Source: Pirellulales bacterium (GTDB taxonomy: Bacteria; Planctomycetota; Planctomycetia; Pirellulales; Thermoguttaceae). Taken from it: DNA of 64,000 nucleotides. Below are positions 63,129 to 64,000 of this stretch, piece after piece; within the stretch, counting starts at the first letter, position 1, and every line of letters begins with the position of its first letter. The position numbers were made by a program, and so were the translations under genes. The notes beneath the pieces were generated by a model, which saw only the letters and a list, made by a program, of their open reading frames with translations, did no database searches and was not told where the DNA came from. The DNA is taken from positions 24,999-88,998 of the forward strand of contig CAWIRC010000003.1 in assembly GCA_963838495.1 (NCBI GenBank). Direction: 5' to 3'.

Positions 63129-64000
63129 GAGGTAACTCCTGTCAAAAAAATATGCCGGATATACTAAAGAAAACACTCTAATCGGCTGTTAAACAAACGT
63201 AATGATTTATTATTTGGCGGCTGGGCTTATTCGTTTTTTAAAAACCAAAGCATGGGCCTTCGTTTCCCATGAATCCAGCCGGCAAGGTTTGCATGAAACC
63301 GATGGTTTTTATTATCCACCAAGTGCCAGCGAGTAAAACAAAAGATGAACGCCGGCTATTTACGGCATTCAAATAAAAACTGGCACGTCCAACGGTTTAT
63401 AACCGCTGGCGCATAATATAGCTCATCAGCCTCACCACTACTCCCACCGACTATAAAAGCCAAGGCCAAACCAAAATAATTGCCGTTATCCTTCCGGGAA
63501 AAGGTTACCGACAGCTCTTTAGCTTTTCTATCTCAACTTCATTTCCAGTGGAATTGCGATTAAATTTTACACCAGTGAAAAAATTACTCCTAAGTTGCTG
63601 TATCAGTATGTAACCAAAATCGCGACAGCGCCTAAACAACGATCGCAGTGGAAAAATTATCACAACAACCGACTTGTTTGAGGGCCGACGGTTGAGCGCG
63701 GCTATATGTAACTCTCCTTTTTTAAGATTAAAGCTTACATTCCTCATTGTAATTATTATTAAAAAATACGCAACATTTTATTTCGGAAAAACTTATGTCT
63801 ATTTATGTCCCATGATGGATATTTTTGTCTCCTGCCCCACCCGTTTCCAGGCAGGTCAGCCATTATATGGATTGTATAAATAGGCATTGCACCGAACCGA
63901 GTTATGATATCCCCCAAATAGCTTAATTAGTTCCCAAAAAGTTTTTTTCTTGCAGATTATGTGCGCAATATGACCGGTGGATAGAAGAACCTCCTACCGT

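Noticed and set aside
63505-63747. An 80-aa ORF whose N-terminus (RNVSFNLKKGELHIAALNRRPSNKS) resembles the region before and through the Walker A motif of ABC ATPases.
   Set aside because: All Walker A glycines are replaced, the ORF lacks the first ~25 aa and everything after the P-loop, and it sits in AT-rich non-coding-looking DNA. It is at best a decayed fragment.

Overview
Analysis was done by hand from the sequence and the ORF track, with no tools. The window looks like chromosomal DNA of a moderately GC-rich bacterium of the PVC group, most likely a planctomycete. Supporting signs are a 23S-5S rRNA operon with no 16S or tRNA upstream, a ~7.2-kb PEP-CTERM-anchored surface protein built from autotransporter-associated beta-strand repeats, a Tat-signal sugar-phosphate isomerase, weak operon structure, and several families of GC-rich palindromic (REP-like) hairpins. 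About 40 protein genes are recognisable. They include trehalose/glycogen genes scattered over the window (treZ-treY, glgP, glgX), mgtA, a TolC-family OMP, GH115, bacterioferritin, an acyl desaturase and hemD. Further recognisable genes are cysC, a POT transporter next to an S9 peptidase and a DUF885 protein, a DsbD-like reductase, purM and a TylF-type methyltransferase. Six points deserve a second look. (1) A cysteine synthase is fused to a full-length CysRS-like protein whose HIGH and KMSKS motifs are degenerate. (2) Two orphan 5S-like genes carry near-identical clustered changes in loops C and E and bracket a very AT-rich C10 peptidase gene just downstream of the genuine 23S-5S. (3) About ten intergenic arrays show strict 7-nt periodicity; several sit beside REP hairpins in a recurring module, and most abut start or stop codons. 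(4) A 55-nt REP element lies inside coding sequence, twice in GH115 and once in treY. (5) About eleven single-nucleotide frame disruptions occur in otherwise well conserved genes; I read these as probable assembly indels rather than true pseudogenes. (6) Nested palindromes lie upstream of cysC and next to an orphan Phd/YefM antitoxin. I saw no CRISPR array, integrase, transposase or recognisable defence system. Note that the ORF track translates GTG/TTG starts as M.
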